64,000 nt of DNA from Paraphysomonas bandaiensis. Taxonomy: Eukaryota > Protista > Chrysophyceae. The DNA lies in the NCBI GenBank assembly GCA_965644295.1, contig CBFFRP010000064.1, positions 1 to 64,000 on the forward strand, in the 5' to 3' direction. The translations under genes were made by a program, and so were the position numbers. Within the stretch, counting starts at the first letter, position 1. The number at the start of each line of letters is the position of its first letter. This document shows positions 1 through 11,351 of the stretch, piece by piece. A model generated the notes under the pieces. That model did not search any database, had not been told where the DNA came from, and was given only the letters and a program-made list of their open reading frames with translations.

Positions 1-3000
1 CCACAGCTACCAGAAGGTCTTTGTGATGGCTGCGCACAAGGCAAGGCTCACAGGAGGAAACATAGGCGCGAGACAAGGCAAATGATACCGACAAAAACCA
101 GAAGATCGCAGGAGCTTGGAGGACTTATAGCAGTTGATTTTACTGGACCATTTTCACCTCCAGCAATAGTCACAGGAAACACCGTAGTCTTTGGAGCTAC
201 CGATGCAGCTTCAAGATACAGTTGGACATTCTATGGAAAACACAGAACCGAGGATTTTGTCATTGAGTGCATTCAGAAAATTGTGGATTATCTGCATTCG
301 AAAGGCAAACGGCTAATACACTATCATGCTGATGGTGGCCGTGAGCTAGTATCACATCGTGTACTGAACTTGCTGAGAAAATTAGGATCAACCTGGACCT
401 TCAACGCTCCGTACACGCCAGAAGACAACCCCATACAAGAACGACCATGGCGCACGACCAAGGAAAGAACGCTTGCATCCATTTGCAACTCGGGCCTACC
501 ACCCAACTTCTGGGAACAGGCTATGTCCACCGTCACGCATATGAAAAATCGCCTGCCATGCGCCACTGCAAAGGGATTCATATCACCGTATCAGTTCATC
601 CACGACGAGGCCCCCGATTTATCTTACGCCAGGATTTGGGGCTGCAAATGCCATACATTCATAGACAAGTCTCAGAGAAGAAACGATTGGTCTCCACATA
701 GCCATATTGGGTACTTCATGGGATACCGAGAAGATGGACCAGGGTACGTCATATATGTACCTTCACTCAAGGACTTCGTAATCTCAAGTCACGTCTTTTT
801 CAATGAGTGCATCCCCGACGTCAAGGAAAACTACTACGCTGAAATCGAATCATCACTGAGAGAAGAAAATTCAGAGAATCGAACAACCGAGAGCTTCCAA
901 TACCTCGTTGGAATGACCCACACAGATCCACAGGATGGCCTCCAATACATCACGACAAGAATCACAGTCATCAAAGGCCACGTGGCTGCTTACAGAGGAT
1001 TGGCCCCACGAGAAAATGAAGGGCGAGTCATCGAGTTAAATGACCCAATACACGCTGCGGACATCGAAAGATACACCGCCGAGCACTTCAGTTATCAGAA
1101 CGCGGTATCACCCCCGCAAGAGGAACCAGGATGCCCCGTGGAAGGAACAGCTCCAGGGAGGAGCAGTTCAACCGATAGCCGTCATGACGCCACACGGGGC
1201 GGGAGTCACAGCCATTTGAGAGGACCCTACTCAAATGAAAAGGAGGCAAGGCCTCGCCGCACAGCAGAAGCTCAGCGGAATACAGTGCCGAAGGAGGCAC
1301 GGGGTGACAACAAGCGTGATCACCCTGCTCGTAAGGTCAAACGAGCTATCAAGACTGTGAATTCCCAGGGTGACAGGAGCCGGCAAAGCCCGGATGGCAC
1401 AATTACGGGTGTAAGGACACCCCACCGACACAAGGTGAGCCGTTGCGTAAAGAAAAGTCTCCACAGCAAGAGGCAGACCAGGAAAAGGGTAATCATGAAT
1501 GTACACAAATTCGGTGATAATATATACCACTGTGATGTTGATAAAAGATATTTGTACAACCACAAAACACCTGATAAACATGATAGTTACAGAACATTAT
1601 ACATGAATGATGTTGACATCATTATGCATGCAAATGACACATGTAGCAATGATGTACCTAACACACCTAACAATGTTGGCGAGGCACTATCAGGCAGGTA
1701 CAAGGAACAATGGCTGAAAGCCATCAACAAAGAAATCAAGTCTCTAGAGAGCAAAGGCTGTTGGAGGATAACGACACCACCAGCAAATTCCAACATTATA
1801 AGGGGAAAATTCGTGTTTAGGGTAAAGGTCAAGCGAGATGAGGTTACCTTCAAGGCGAGGTTAGTGGCTCAAGGTTTCTCCCAGGTCGAGGGTAAAGACT
1901 ACAACGAAACCTACAGCCCAGTCGCAAAGGCCACATCAATGAGAACAGTCATAGCACTAGCAACTATACTTGGGTTGGAGCTTCACCAGGTAGATTTCTC
2001 CACTGCTTACATCAATGCAGACCTCCAAGAGGAAATTTACATGTATCCACCCGCTGGTCTCAATGTTCCAAACGGTAAAGTCCTCAGACTTCTAAAGAGT
2101 ATATACGGACTCAAACAGTCCGGGTTAAATTGGTATAAATGTTGTACTAATTATTTGTTAGACTGTGGTTTTACCAGATTAGTGTCCGACCCGTGCATAT
2201 TCACGAAATCAATCAATGGTCGACCCATAATTCTGGCAGTTTACGTCGATGACATCATTATCGCCGGTAAAAGTAGGACTGACATCATCCAAATCAAGAA
2301 TTCGTTAGCTGAAAAATTCGACATTCATGATCTCGGCCTCCTAGATTACTACCTCGGCATATTCGTCAAACAGGATATACAGAATCGAACTACGACACTA
2401 AATCAATCTCAATACATACGGAACCTACTCCACAGATTCAACATGGAAGATTGCAAGCCACGTAGTCACCCCATGACAACAAATTTTCATATAGACATTC
2501 TCGAAAAGAAACAACTATCTCAAGAAAATCAAGAATTTGTCCAAAATTTTCCTTACAAGGAGCTCATAGGTTCACTTATGTATATTGCTGTGTGCACTAG
2601 ACCTGATATTGCATATGCTGTAAACACCCTTGCTCGTTTCAGTACTAATCCAAATCTAACTACATGCAAAGCCGCATTAAACATACTTAGGTACCTCAAA
2701 GGCACTATCGATCAAGGTCTACAGTACTCCGGGAAGTCTGTTACTTTAACTGGATTCGCTGACAGTGATTGGGCACGCTGTAACTTAACTCGCAGGTCGA
2801 CCACAGCGTTTTGCTTCTTTATTGGAAATTGTCTCATTTCCTGGCAATCACGACTCCAGACCACTGTAGCTCTATCCTCTACAGAAGCGGAGTATATGGC
2901 ACTATCAACAGCATGTCAAGAAGCTATTTGGCTACGGTCACTACTCTCGGAATTGGGCTTCCACATGCCATACTCAACAACCATATGGTGTGACAACAAA

Positions 3001-3297
3001 GGTGCAATTCAACTATGCCTAAACCCCGTACACCACCGACGAACAAAACATATTGCCATCAGATATCACTTCATAAGAGAACAAGTCGCATCGCACTCTA
3101 TTATTGTTGATTACATGCCTACAAACGAGATGCTGGCCGACATTCTAACTAAACCCCTCACATCAAACACGTTCCACAGATTGCGGGATTCACTAATGGG
3201 GGGGGGAGGTATCAACATACCTGCTAGCAATAAAAGAACAAAAGTATCTATCCCACCGGCAGAGAACTCAACCAAGAGACCACGATGGATGACTTAG
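1..3297 (+). CDS. Copia Pol polyprotein (integrase, reverse transcriptase, RNase H), 5'-partial
   Basis: Frame is open from base 1 (CDGCAQGK zinc-finger half). Integrase: VDFTGP, HADGGRE, PEDNPIQER. RT: KARLVAQGFSQ, IYGLKQSG, YVDD. RNase H: ADSDWA, SSTEAEY, CDNKGA, KHIAIRYHF, ADILTK. No stop codons. Confidence 0.96.
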   Translation, partial: PQLPEGLCDGCAQGKAHRRKHRRETRQMIPTKTRRSQELGGLIAVDFTGPFSPPAIVTGNTVVFGATDAASRYSWTFYGKHRTEDFVIECIQKIVDYLHSKGKRLIHYHADGGRELVSHRVLNLLRKLGSTWTFNAPYTPEDNPIQERPWRTTKERTLASICNSGLPPNFWEQAMSTVTHMKNRLPCATAKGFISPYQFIHDEAPDLSYARIWGCKCHTFIDKSQRRNDWSPHSHIGYFMGYREDGPGYVIYVPSLKDFVISSHVFFNECIPDVKENYYAEIESSLREENSENRTTESFQYLVGMTHTDPQDGLQYITTRITVIKGHVAAYRGLAPRENEGRVIELNDPIHAADIERYTAEHFSYQNAVSPPQEEPGCPVEGTAPGRSSSTDSRHDATRGGSHSHLRGPYSNEKEARPRRTAEAQRNTVPKEARGDNKRDHPARKVKRAIKTVNSQGDRSRQSPDGTITGVRTPHRHKVSRCVKKSLHSKRQTRKRVIMNVHKFGDNIYHCDVDKRYLYNHKTPDKHDSYRTLYMNDVDIIMHANDTCSNDVPNTPNNVGEALSGRYKEQWLKAINKEIKSLESKGCWRITTPPANSNIIRGKFVFRVKVKRDEVTFKARLVAQGFSQVEGKDYNETYSPVAKATSMRTVIALATILGLELHQVDFSTAYINADLQEEIYMYPPAGLNVPNGKVLRLLKSIYGLKQSGLNWYKCCTNYLLDCGFTRLVSDPCIFTKSINGRPIILAVYVDDIIIAGKSRTDIIQIKNSLAEKFDIHDLGLLDYYLGIFVKQDIQNRTTTLNQSQYIRNLLHRFNMEDCKPRSHPMTTNFHIDILEKKQLSQENQEFVQNFPYKELIGSLMYIAVCTRPDIAYAVNTLARFSTNPNLTTCKAALNILRYLKGTIDQGLQYSGKSVTLTGFADSDWARCNLTRRSTTAFCFFIGNCLISWQSRLQTTVALSSTEAEYMALSTACQEAIWLRSLLSELGFHMPYSTTIWCDNKGAIQLCLNPVHHRRTKHIAIRYHFIREQVASHSIIVDYMPTNEMLADILTKPLTSNTFHRLRDSLMGGGGINIPASNKRTKVSIPPAENSTKRPRWMT

Positions 3298-3462
3298 AGA
3301 TCTACGGAGTTTCCCACGAGTATGCTGTATGTTGACATCAGTGTAATCCACAATCTGTGATTGCCCTCGTGGGTTTTACCCTCAGTAGAACTATCTCCAA
3401 ATATATACACCTATATCCATATATCTATGTATACGCCATATGATTATTTCATTGAGGGGGAG

Positions 3463-3808
3463 TATTAGGAGTCATTGATTCACGTATATCTCTTAACGCG
3501 TGAATACAACACACATATACAATGAAATACCAAATAGACTGAATAATTACCAAACTATACATGATACGCGACTGTACAAGATACGCACATGTGTATGGTG
3601 CTAACGCTCTGCTCAAACGTGTCTTGCTATTATACTATTAGGCCTTATCGTTCAATCTTTATCTCTAATAATATCAAGTATATTCTTGCTAAATATTAAG
3701 ACTAACCTTAAATCTTATTTAAAAGCAGAAGTGACTGTCTGATTGTAGACATTCACTAGAGAAGCAGATTCAAGTCATTCATGTTCGACATCGAAGTTAA
3801 TTATAATA
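3463..3808 (+). repeat. Putative 3' LTR (~346 bp; TATTA...TAATA ends)
   Basis: Starts directly after the PPT. The right end is inferred from the 5-bp inverted terminal repeat. 3551-3720 recurs inverted at 22154-22323. Confidence 0.7.
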
Positions 3809-5169
3809 TATGTGGTATATCAGAATTGCTGCTGATGACTGAAGTCATTGCATTTTTCCAACTAGCACCTCCTGAACAACATCCGTCTCCCAGATTTACA
3901 AAGGGCATATCTGAACATACCATACATGACATTGTGATATAGGTTCTATTTAGTAGAAATATGAGGAAAAGAGAAGAAAACCAACCTCTTTTTTTACCTT
4001 CTTTCTCTAAACTCTCTGTGTGGGGTAATTCTTTCTTAAAAGTTTACATTTACACCACCTCATATTACCTTTGACTAGTAGAGAGCTTCATCATGTATGT
4101 AGTTTGTAACGTTTATGATTAGGTTGCGTAAAACTAACATAATATCATATGCACTCGCCGGTATCAAATTGATGGTATATTATACGTACACACACGAAAA
4201 GACGATGTGTATGGGTATATATAGTATAATATTATATAATATAATCGGTTGCACCAAGGTGCTTGCAGCAATGCACAAGCAGTCCCGAGACAACTGAGCA
4301 TTTCGTAATCTGTGTTGTTACCACTATAATATAGTCTATAGAGTAATAGATAGATAAATGCCATAAGTTCTCTCATGTAATAATCAGATCTTTAAAATAT
4401 ATATATAATATAATATATAGTCAATACAGACAGTAGTAAAAACAAGCTATTTTCAAACTTAGGAAAAAAGTTTCCCCAAATATTTTTATTAATATGGTTT
4501 CTAGTTGAATATACATATTTTAAGATGAAACTTTTTTTAAGGATATACTGCAGCTTGAATGTTGATAAGTAAGGTAATATATATTATTATCAAGCTGTTT
4601 TTAGGTTCTTAAACAAGTTTTTATTACTTTATTGTTTTATTGCTGCATGCAAAATACAATAGACAATATTATACTCATTATAAACTTAAAATTGCAAGAA
4701 ACGCAAACGGTTAATATCTTTCTTCATATGTTGCAGTTATCATCAATTGTTACAGAATTTTGATGAGCAAGCATAATAACAAGAGTACCTTCATCAACAA
4801 ATTTCTTCAATCCCCTCGTTCTCTTCTTTTGTCGTCTTGATTTATTCTTCTTCTGTAGTCCTCCTCGTCGGCTTCGGAAGTTATTGAATCTTCATCATCA
4901 TGAACAACGCTCCTCTTTCGCGAGCAGTTCGGCTCAGAAGTATCGGCAGCAGGGCGAACTCGTTCTTTGGCAATAATGAGGGCATCAATTTGTTCCTGTT
5001 GATGCCTCACCATCATTTCCGTCAACGATAAAATCGTCTTCTCCTGCTGATCCAGTGTGTATCTCACAGTACTGCGAATATTGCGAACAGTTAAAAGCTA
5101 CCCAACTGTTGTTGATATTATACTTCATTAGATTACTAACATCTCATTCCAAATATTACTATATATTAC

Positions 5170-5746
5170 TTCCCAAAAGACGTAGTAAGAAGCAAATACG
5201 GCAAAGGCAGCAGCCGCGGGTCCTCCGACTCCTAGCACGAGACTGTCTGTGGCCAGCAGGTCAACAGCTCCTTCCACAACTTGACCACAAACTATCACCA
5301 CACAACCTATAAGTTCCCCCACTCAGCAAAAAATACACCTTCTACACTTCTAACACTTTCATGTCCCCCTCCACGTGAACCTCAACGTAGGCAACCGCCA
5401 GCTCTACTTTTACGGAGTCTTTACATATTCTACGCCTCTACATCAAAACATCATCATCATCCAACCCGCCTCGGAACGCTATTTTCTCATCTACAAAACT
5501 CTGAACCTCCCTTAAGTTTCGCGGACTCCTACCCAAATTAACCGCACCTTGACACCGAAGGATTATACGTCCGTAGCTCCCGCACATACTCAAGAGTGAA
5601 AGTTGGTGCTTGTGATGACGCACAAGAGTGTTCAAAAGTAGGATATCAAAGTCTAGCACTAGAGTTATAGTTAAATTGAAATGCTAAATTAGTCTTGACT
5701 CTTATATAAACACCTATTGCTAAAAATAAGACACGCACTACTATTA
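5170..5746 (+). mobile_element. 5'-truncated, decayed LINE 3' fragment
   Basis: C-rich decayed coding-like sequence; 5549-5600 resembles 14277-14340. Ends with the family tail GGTGCTTGTGATGACGCACAAG...AGTAGGATATC...CCTATTGCTAAAAATAAGAC. The 5' boundary is approximate. Confidence 0.6.
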
Positions 5747-7660
5747 CAATTTCTCTAACAGTAATAAAAATTATTACCTTCCTTAGGTTCAAAGAATAAT
5801 GTATGAAAAATTTCGATGCAGTAACCAACAAAACGATTTTATATGTTTGAGGTTCATATCCCGTCATACATACTTAGATACGAGAGAAGAGTCATTGTCT
5901 TGCACAGCCAAAATGAATCGGTGCACAACATGATGGTCAATTCACCAAACTAATACGGATTTGGTTTTGCCTGATGCATAAGGTTGGCATATAATTAAAT
6001 AATGTCAAAGGAGGGTCCTTCTTAGAAATAAATTCCTAATCATCATAGAACTCACTAGAGAGAAATTTCCCGACGGAAACTGATGTATCACGATAATGTT
6101 ATTCAATGTCCCCTCAATTAGAGTAAGTGGATCCTTCTGCAAGAAGCTCGGGCACATTCAATAATGAGAAGAGAACACCCACAGTGTCATGAGACTGTCC
6201 GAGCCACGACTTACCATTAGGAGTGATCCATTCAAGATATGCATCAAGGCTGGTGGAAACTTCTACGAATAACTTCCTCACCAACAGCTACCACGGATTC
6301 CCGAGACATCACATACATTATCGCGGCCATATAAAAGTCATTGAGAAAAGGGGCAGCGAAGAGAAGTCCCGCTCTTGCAACATCAAAGTTATCATAAGGA
6401 ACGTATTAATCGTCCACGGATTAGTCTGCACTTTCTCAATATTATACTACTGGCTGCTGTGGTGTCATCACCTTGGAGAGTAGTCAGTACAACACCCACA
6501 CTGTACACTCCTGCATATACAAAAATCACCCTATCACATTGCATCTCCTACTCAAACCTGTTCTCCCCCAATATACTGGGTAAAAGGCTGTAAACATAAG
6601 CATAACTGGTGTCTATATATTCTTGAGCATATCTCGAGTGCGGTCATTCATATGCTGAAATATCTTCCCGCAACTCCTTGCAACACATCCGCTAAATCGA
6701 ATCGGATATGCCGTGACTACACTATCCACATACTAGAGGAGCTCTGTGTTCATAAACTGAGATAGTTTATGAGCACATCTGTTGGAGATATACACATCTG
6801 TTCCAGGGGCATATATAGTGATGTTAATGTAACAGTGGCGCGACTAGGGGTGTCCTAGCATCACTGGTGGAGACATCAATGATTATATCCTCCTCTTCCA
6901 TGTCTTCAGATCTGGAGATGGTGGTATCGGCAGGGAGTTTTCTCACACCAACACGTTGACTCTACAGATTATAATACTGTGCGGGTTACAATAAACGTTC
7001 GTATGTGTACTGATAGTCCCGGTACGCTCCAACCCTCTAGTATCTGGCGGTAATACTCGTATCTTCTAGCTAATCTCAGCATAACTACCATCTACGTCGT
7101 ATCTCATACTACAACCTACACTATTTCTTATTTTTATGCCATAATAGCCTCCTACACCACCCATACTTGTCATACCCAATTTTGCTACAATAGGGACAGT
7201 TATCCAGGTCATGGCAGGGGTTCTCAGGACAAACAGTTAATTTTATATAGCATATTGATAAGCGCATGGTCCAAAATGATATTTACGACTGGTAATATAT
7301 CTATGAAATGATACTCAAAATATTTTAATCGATTCTTTATTGGTATGCAGTTTAGCAGTTGGAAGAGTAAATAATAAAGTATATTCAATTGTTTTTATGC
7401 AATCAACGCCAGAAGCATGTCCATTTACAACAAAAAACAATTTTGTTTTTCTTTTTGCCAGTCAATTTCAGAAAATAGTGAACTTGAACGAAACAACCGT
7501 TCGGTGTTGCTATTTGCACTCATGCTGTGTTTCCTTAAATGCATTTCGTACTTCCTAAAATACGTTTACAAACAATAGTTGTAAATACGCCGCGTAATAT
7601 TATTATTGAAAGTACAGCACAGAAAGGAAACTTTAAAACACAGAATCAGTCCATAAGCAT

Positions 7661-8260
7661 CTACATATTTTTAGGACCTTCCTCCCTTTCCGGCTCAAAG
7701 CTCATTCCTTCTTGAAGTGGTGGTACTTTTCCAATTAATTCTCTTGGCAGCGGACGCCTACGAAACTCTGGCGGCACAATTGGTTGGCTAACATGTTTCA
7801 AGAATTGCCTACGTTGCAGCCAAAAGCTACGACTTTTGTCAAACACAAAATCTTCTCCGAACTTATAAAAAAGGCCACACATTATTCCTATAGTTGCAAC
7901 TGATAGCCTTCTAGACATTACCATCCTTGGAAAGAAGCCACTCATCTCAAAGTACGCAAATGTAGAGATGCAAGTTCCTGCACCAGAAAGGGCATAATTC
8001 CATATATCATCCGTCTGGCGAATCAAACGGAGTGAAAGCACACCAACACAGAAATTAGTGCCGATTGCAGTCGCCGCAACGGACCACGCTAGTCCCATCC
8101 GAAACGCCATATTACCAATATAATAACCGGTACTTACCCCTGACACAGCACCAATTATAGTCGACGCCGGTACTCTGGTCATAAAAAACTGTTTCGCTTT
8201 GCTGAAAGTTAATTTCTCAGAATCATATGAGCCATGCTGCAATAGCGACGGAATAAACAT
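7661..8260 (-). CDS. Tim17/Tim22/Tim23-family (NDUFA11-like) mitochondrial inner-membrane protein
   Basis: Gly/Ala-rich TM helices and the IRQTDDIWNYALSG motif (R-x-x-DD-x-WN, typical of this family). First ATG at 8260. Confidence 0.65.
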   Translation of the reverse strand: MFIPSLLQHGSYDSEKLTFSKAKQFFMTRVPASTIIGAVSGVSTGYYIGNMAFRMGLAWSVAATAIGTNFCVGVLSLRLIRQTDDIWNYALSGAGTCISTFAYFEMSGFFPRMVMSRRLSVATIGIMCGLFYKFGEDFVFDKSRSFWLQRRQFLKHVSQPIVPPEFRRRPLPRELIGKVPPLQEGMSFEPEREEGPKNM

Positions 8261-8373
8261 ACTTAGAGGGGCCACTTAGAACTTTATGAAGTACTGGTAC
8301 ACTGGTGAAATGGTCAACGAAATATCGCCTTTCCAGTTTCAGTCGGAATGTGTGAATGGTACACATGCAGCAC

Positions 8374-9324
8374 TGTATGTATGTATGTATGTATGTATGT
8401 ATGTATGTATGTATGTATGTATGTATGTATGTATGTATGTATGTATGTATGTATGTATGTATGTATGTATGTATGTATGTATGTATGTATGTATGTATGT
8501 ATGTATGTATGTATGTAGGTATGTATGTATGTATGTATGTATGTATGTATGTATGTATGTATGTATGTATGTATGTATGTATGTATGTATGTATGTATGT
8601 ATGTATGTATGTATGTATGGATGTATGTATGTATGTATGTATGTATGTATGTATGTATGTATGTATGTATGTATGTATGTATGTATGTATGTATGTATGT
8701 ATGTATGTATGTATGTATGTATGTATGTATGTATGTATGTATGTATGTATGTATGTATGTATGTATGTATGTATGTATGTATGTATGTATGTATGTATGT
8801 ATGTATGTATGTATGTATGTATGTATGTATGTATGTATGTATGTATGTATGTATGTATGTATGTATGTATGTATGTATGTATGTATGTATGTATGTATGT
8901 ATGTATGTATGTATGTATGTATGTATGTATGTATGTATGTATGTATGTATGTATGTATGTATGTATGTATGTATGTATGTATGTATGTATGTATGTATGT
9001 ATGTATGTATGTATGTATGTATGTATGTATGTATGTATGTATGTATGTATGTATGTATGTATGTATGTATGTATGTATGTATGTATGTATGTATGTATGT
9101 ATGTATGTATGTATGTATGTATGTATGTATGTATGTATGTATGTATGTATGTATGTATGTATGTATGTATGTATGTATGTATGTATGTATGTATGTATGT
9201 ATGTATGTATGTATGTATGTATGTATGTATGTATGTATGTATGTATGTATGTATGTATGTATGTATGTATGTATGTATGTATGTATGTATGTATGTATGT
9301 ATGTATGTATGTATGTATGTATGT
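8374..9324. repeat. (GTAT)n / (ATAC)n microsatellite, ~237 units
   Basis: Read directly. Only two variant units, near 8518 and 8620. Confidence 0.99.
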
Positions 9325-9363
9325 GTGTAATCTGCATTACATATCCCAAGATTAGCTAAGAAA

Positions 9364-9966
9364 ATGTTTCTGCGATCATCCCGGGTATCATTTCTGAGAA
9401 GTCGTCTGACTGTTCCTTTTGCAAGATCACAATGCACAGATACGGGGCGAGATTTGTCGCACTTTGGTAATATTTTAGGGGGTGAGAAAATTAATCAGGA
9501 GTGCTTGGAAACACTTCGCGTGTGGCACAAGGCTGTGTCGTCTGCGCACTCTAGCACTGTTTCTATCAATGAACTGGGCGAGGAATTGTCGAATCATATT
9601 AATGAGAAGTGTGTATTCCACCCTCCTACTTACTTCAAGGCATGGGAAGGAAGAGACGAGTTTCTTGTCATCATATCATGTGTGAGCGAAGTATTCGGTA
9701 AATCCTTTACGTACCATCGTCAGTGGATCTCTCCCGATGGTAAAGACTGGGCATTGGAATTTACTGCTAATATTGGTAACTCCAACCTGACTATATCTGG
9801 AATCGATGTAGTCAAACTTGGCGACGATGGAAAGATAATTGATTTTGCTGTCCTTGCTCGTCCTCCTAACGCCGTAGCTGAGTTGAAGAGTCAGATGATG
9901 AAGAAAGCAACACCAAAGTTAATGAAGCTCAAGGCGAAGCAGGCGGCGAGCAAGTTATTCGGCTGA
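9364..9966 (+). CDS. SnoaL-like / NTF2-fold protein with probable mitochondrial presequence
   Basis: R/S-rich N-terminus lacking acidic residues. VFHPPTYFKAWEG, ALEFTA and GIDVVKLGDDGKIIDFAVLARP match the pattern of bacterial SnoaL_2/NTF2 proteins. Single exon. Confidence 0.8.
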   Translation: MFLRSSRVSFLRSRLTVPFARSQCTDTGRDLSHFGNILGGEKINQECLETLRVWHKAVSSAHSSTVSINELGEELSNHINEKCVFHPPTYFKAWEGRDEFLVIISCVSEVFGKSFTYHRQWISPDGKDWALEFTANIGNSNLTISGIDVVKLGDDGKIIDFAVLARPPNAVAELKSQMMKKATPKLMKLKAKQAASKLFG

Positions 9967-10604
9967 CTGTTCCAGTTAAATGTCGCTGAGAATTTGACCG
10001 AAACACTATCCATATGTTAGACATTAGTCCTATTATACCTACTGTTTGTTTTTTCGTCGATAAATGGTTTGTTTCAAATATGTTGTAAGTGTAGATTTTA
10101 GGGGTGTAAGTAATGAAGGGCCAATTAAAAATCACTGCAACAACCATTGTTGATGTTGAATTGTATAAGTTATATAGATATGAAACGCTTTGAATAAGGA
10201 TAGTTTTTCACTTTCATTGCATGACTTATACTGATCCTGCTACGTTTCCTTCTAAATCATGCATTATATACTTCAGCTCTTTATAGTCAATCATCAATCA
10301 ACTCTTATTAATAGGGTGGTACAGGATACAGGCAGGGTTGCGTATCAATTATCGATTAATTGTCGATTATTGAAATTGAAAGTTGTAATTGACACAGCAA
10401 ATCATATTTGACTACAGCTTCCTTTAATCAATTGAACAAAAGATTCCACTAATTTTTGTTTTGAAAAATCCAATTTTTACGACAAAATACGAAATTTGGT
10501 GGGAAGCAATAAATCTATTGAACTTCTCTCACATATCATTTCATTTTACTGAGCGATAAACTGGTACAAATATCATTGCTCGAGTGTTCTTCTAGAAAAT
10601 ATTT

Positions 10605-10986
10605 TGTGTGATACAAAAGACACAAATAAGCCTCACATCTGTAGACGTCCTTGGGACTTGACGAATAAACAGGCATCCGGGAACGGGCCCACCTCAACGA
10701 CAGTCGGGGTTTTGGGCTGCCTGTTGAAGTCAAGCATCCGGGATATTCACCTCAAGGAGGACTCAAAAATTTTGAAGTCAGCAGATATCAGGTATATCAA
10801 CATTCTGCTTCCCCACTGCGTTTGCTTTGAGTGATAGAGCGAAAGCAGTTGCACCTTGGTGCTTTCGTAGCGTTGAATATAGTAGGATATCAGAGGTATA
10901 AACACTAGTTAGTTATATTATTGAAATGCTATATTAGTTCTGACCCTTACACGCCGGTTGCTAATAATCAGCAATTCACGACTACC
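10605..10986 (+). mobile_element. Short retroposon family copy A (lacks the ribozyme head), nested in the hAT element
   Basis: Aligns by eye to 12419-12772 (TGTAGACGTC...GACGAATAAACAGGCATCCGGGA...GGGCTGCCTGTTGAAGTCAAGCATCCGGGAT...GCACCTTGGTGC...TTGCTAATAAT). Confidence 0.85.
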
Positions 10987-11283
10987 TTGCCAGTATCAAA
11001 TCGATGGTATTTAAAATATTTCAATTAATTGAAGTGGGTTGTATTGTTGTAGTCAATTGTAGTTGTGTTTCCTGTCCAAATTTCAATTATTTCAATTTCA
11101 ATAATTAACAATTGAGTACATAATATACACATCTGACTTAACTCCACTGCTTTGAGCTAGAATACTTTTCATCTGAAACTACCCCAAGTAAAAACTTCAT
11201 AGGCAACTATTGCATAGTTTTTGTACATCGTACACGTAATAGAAACAAGCCTATTCTTTCACACTAAATAGTACATTGAATAG

Positions 11284-11351
11284 AGTAGGATATCAAATTT
11301 AAGCACTGACTCGTAAACACCTATTGCTACTAATAAGACATTTACTTCTAG
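11284..11351 (+). repeat. Retroposon 3' tail remnant
   Basis: AGTAGGATATC...CCTATTGCTACTAATAAGACATT. Similar remnants at 31247-31311 (+) and ~42750-42776 (-). Confidence 0.7.

Larger units (their letters stand above)
1..3808 (+). mobile_element. Ty1/Copia LTR retrotransposon (3' part: pol, PPT, 3' LTR); 5' end lies outside the window
   Basis: Domain order integrase-RT-RNase H is Copia-type. Polypurine tract GAGGGGGAG at 3454-3462 is followed by an LTR-like segment that is partly repeated at 22154-22323. Confidence 0.95.

Noticed and set aside
5780-7000. Decayed coding-like sequence on the minus strand (also the acidic ORF 4807-5067)
   Set aside because: Multiple stops and no recognisable motif; cannot be assigned.
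8374-9324. Telomere or CRISPR array
   Set aside because: 4-bp unit with no G-run and no spacers; internal position between genes.
8223-9437. Long ORFs (HTYI)n / (MYVC)n in five frames
   Set aside because: Artefacts of the stop-free (GTAT)n microsatellite.
10604-10834. Similar short ORFs at 10604-10834 and 12364-12678
   Set aside because: Chance frames in the non-coding retroposon; non-ATG starts, and indels between copies break the frame.
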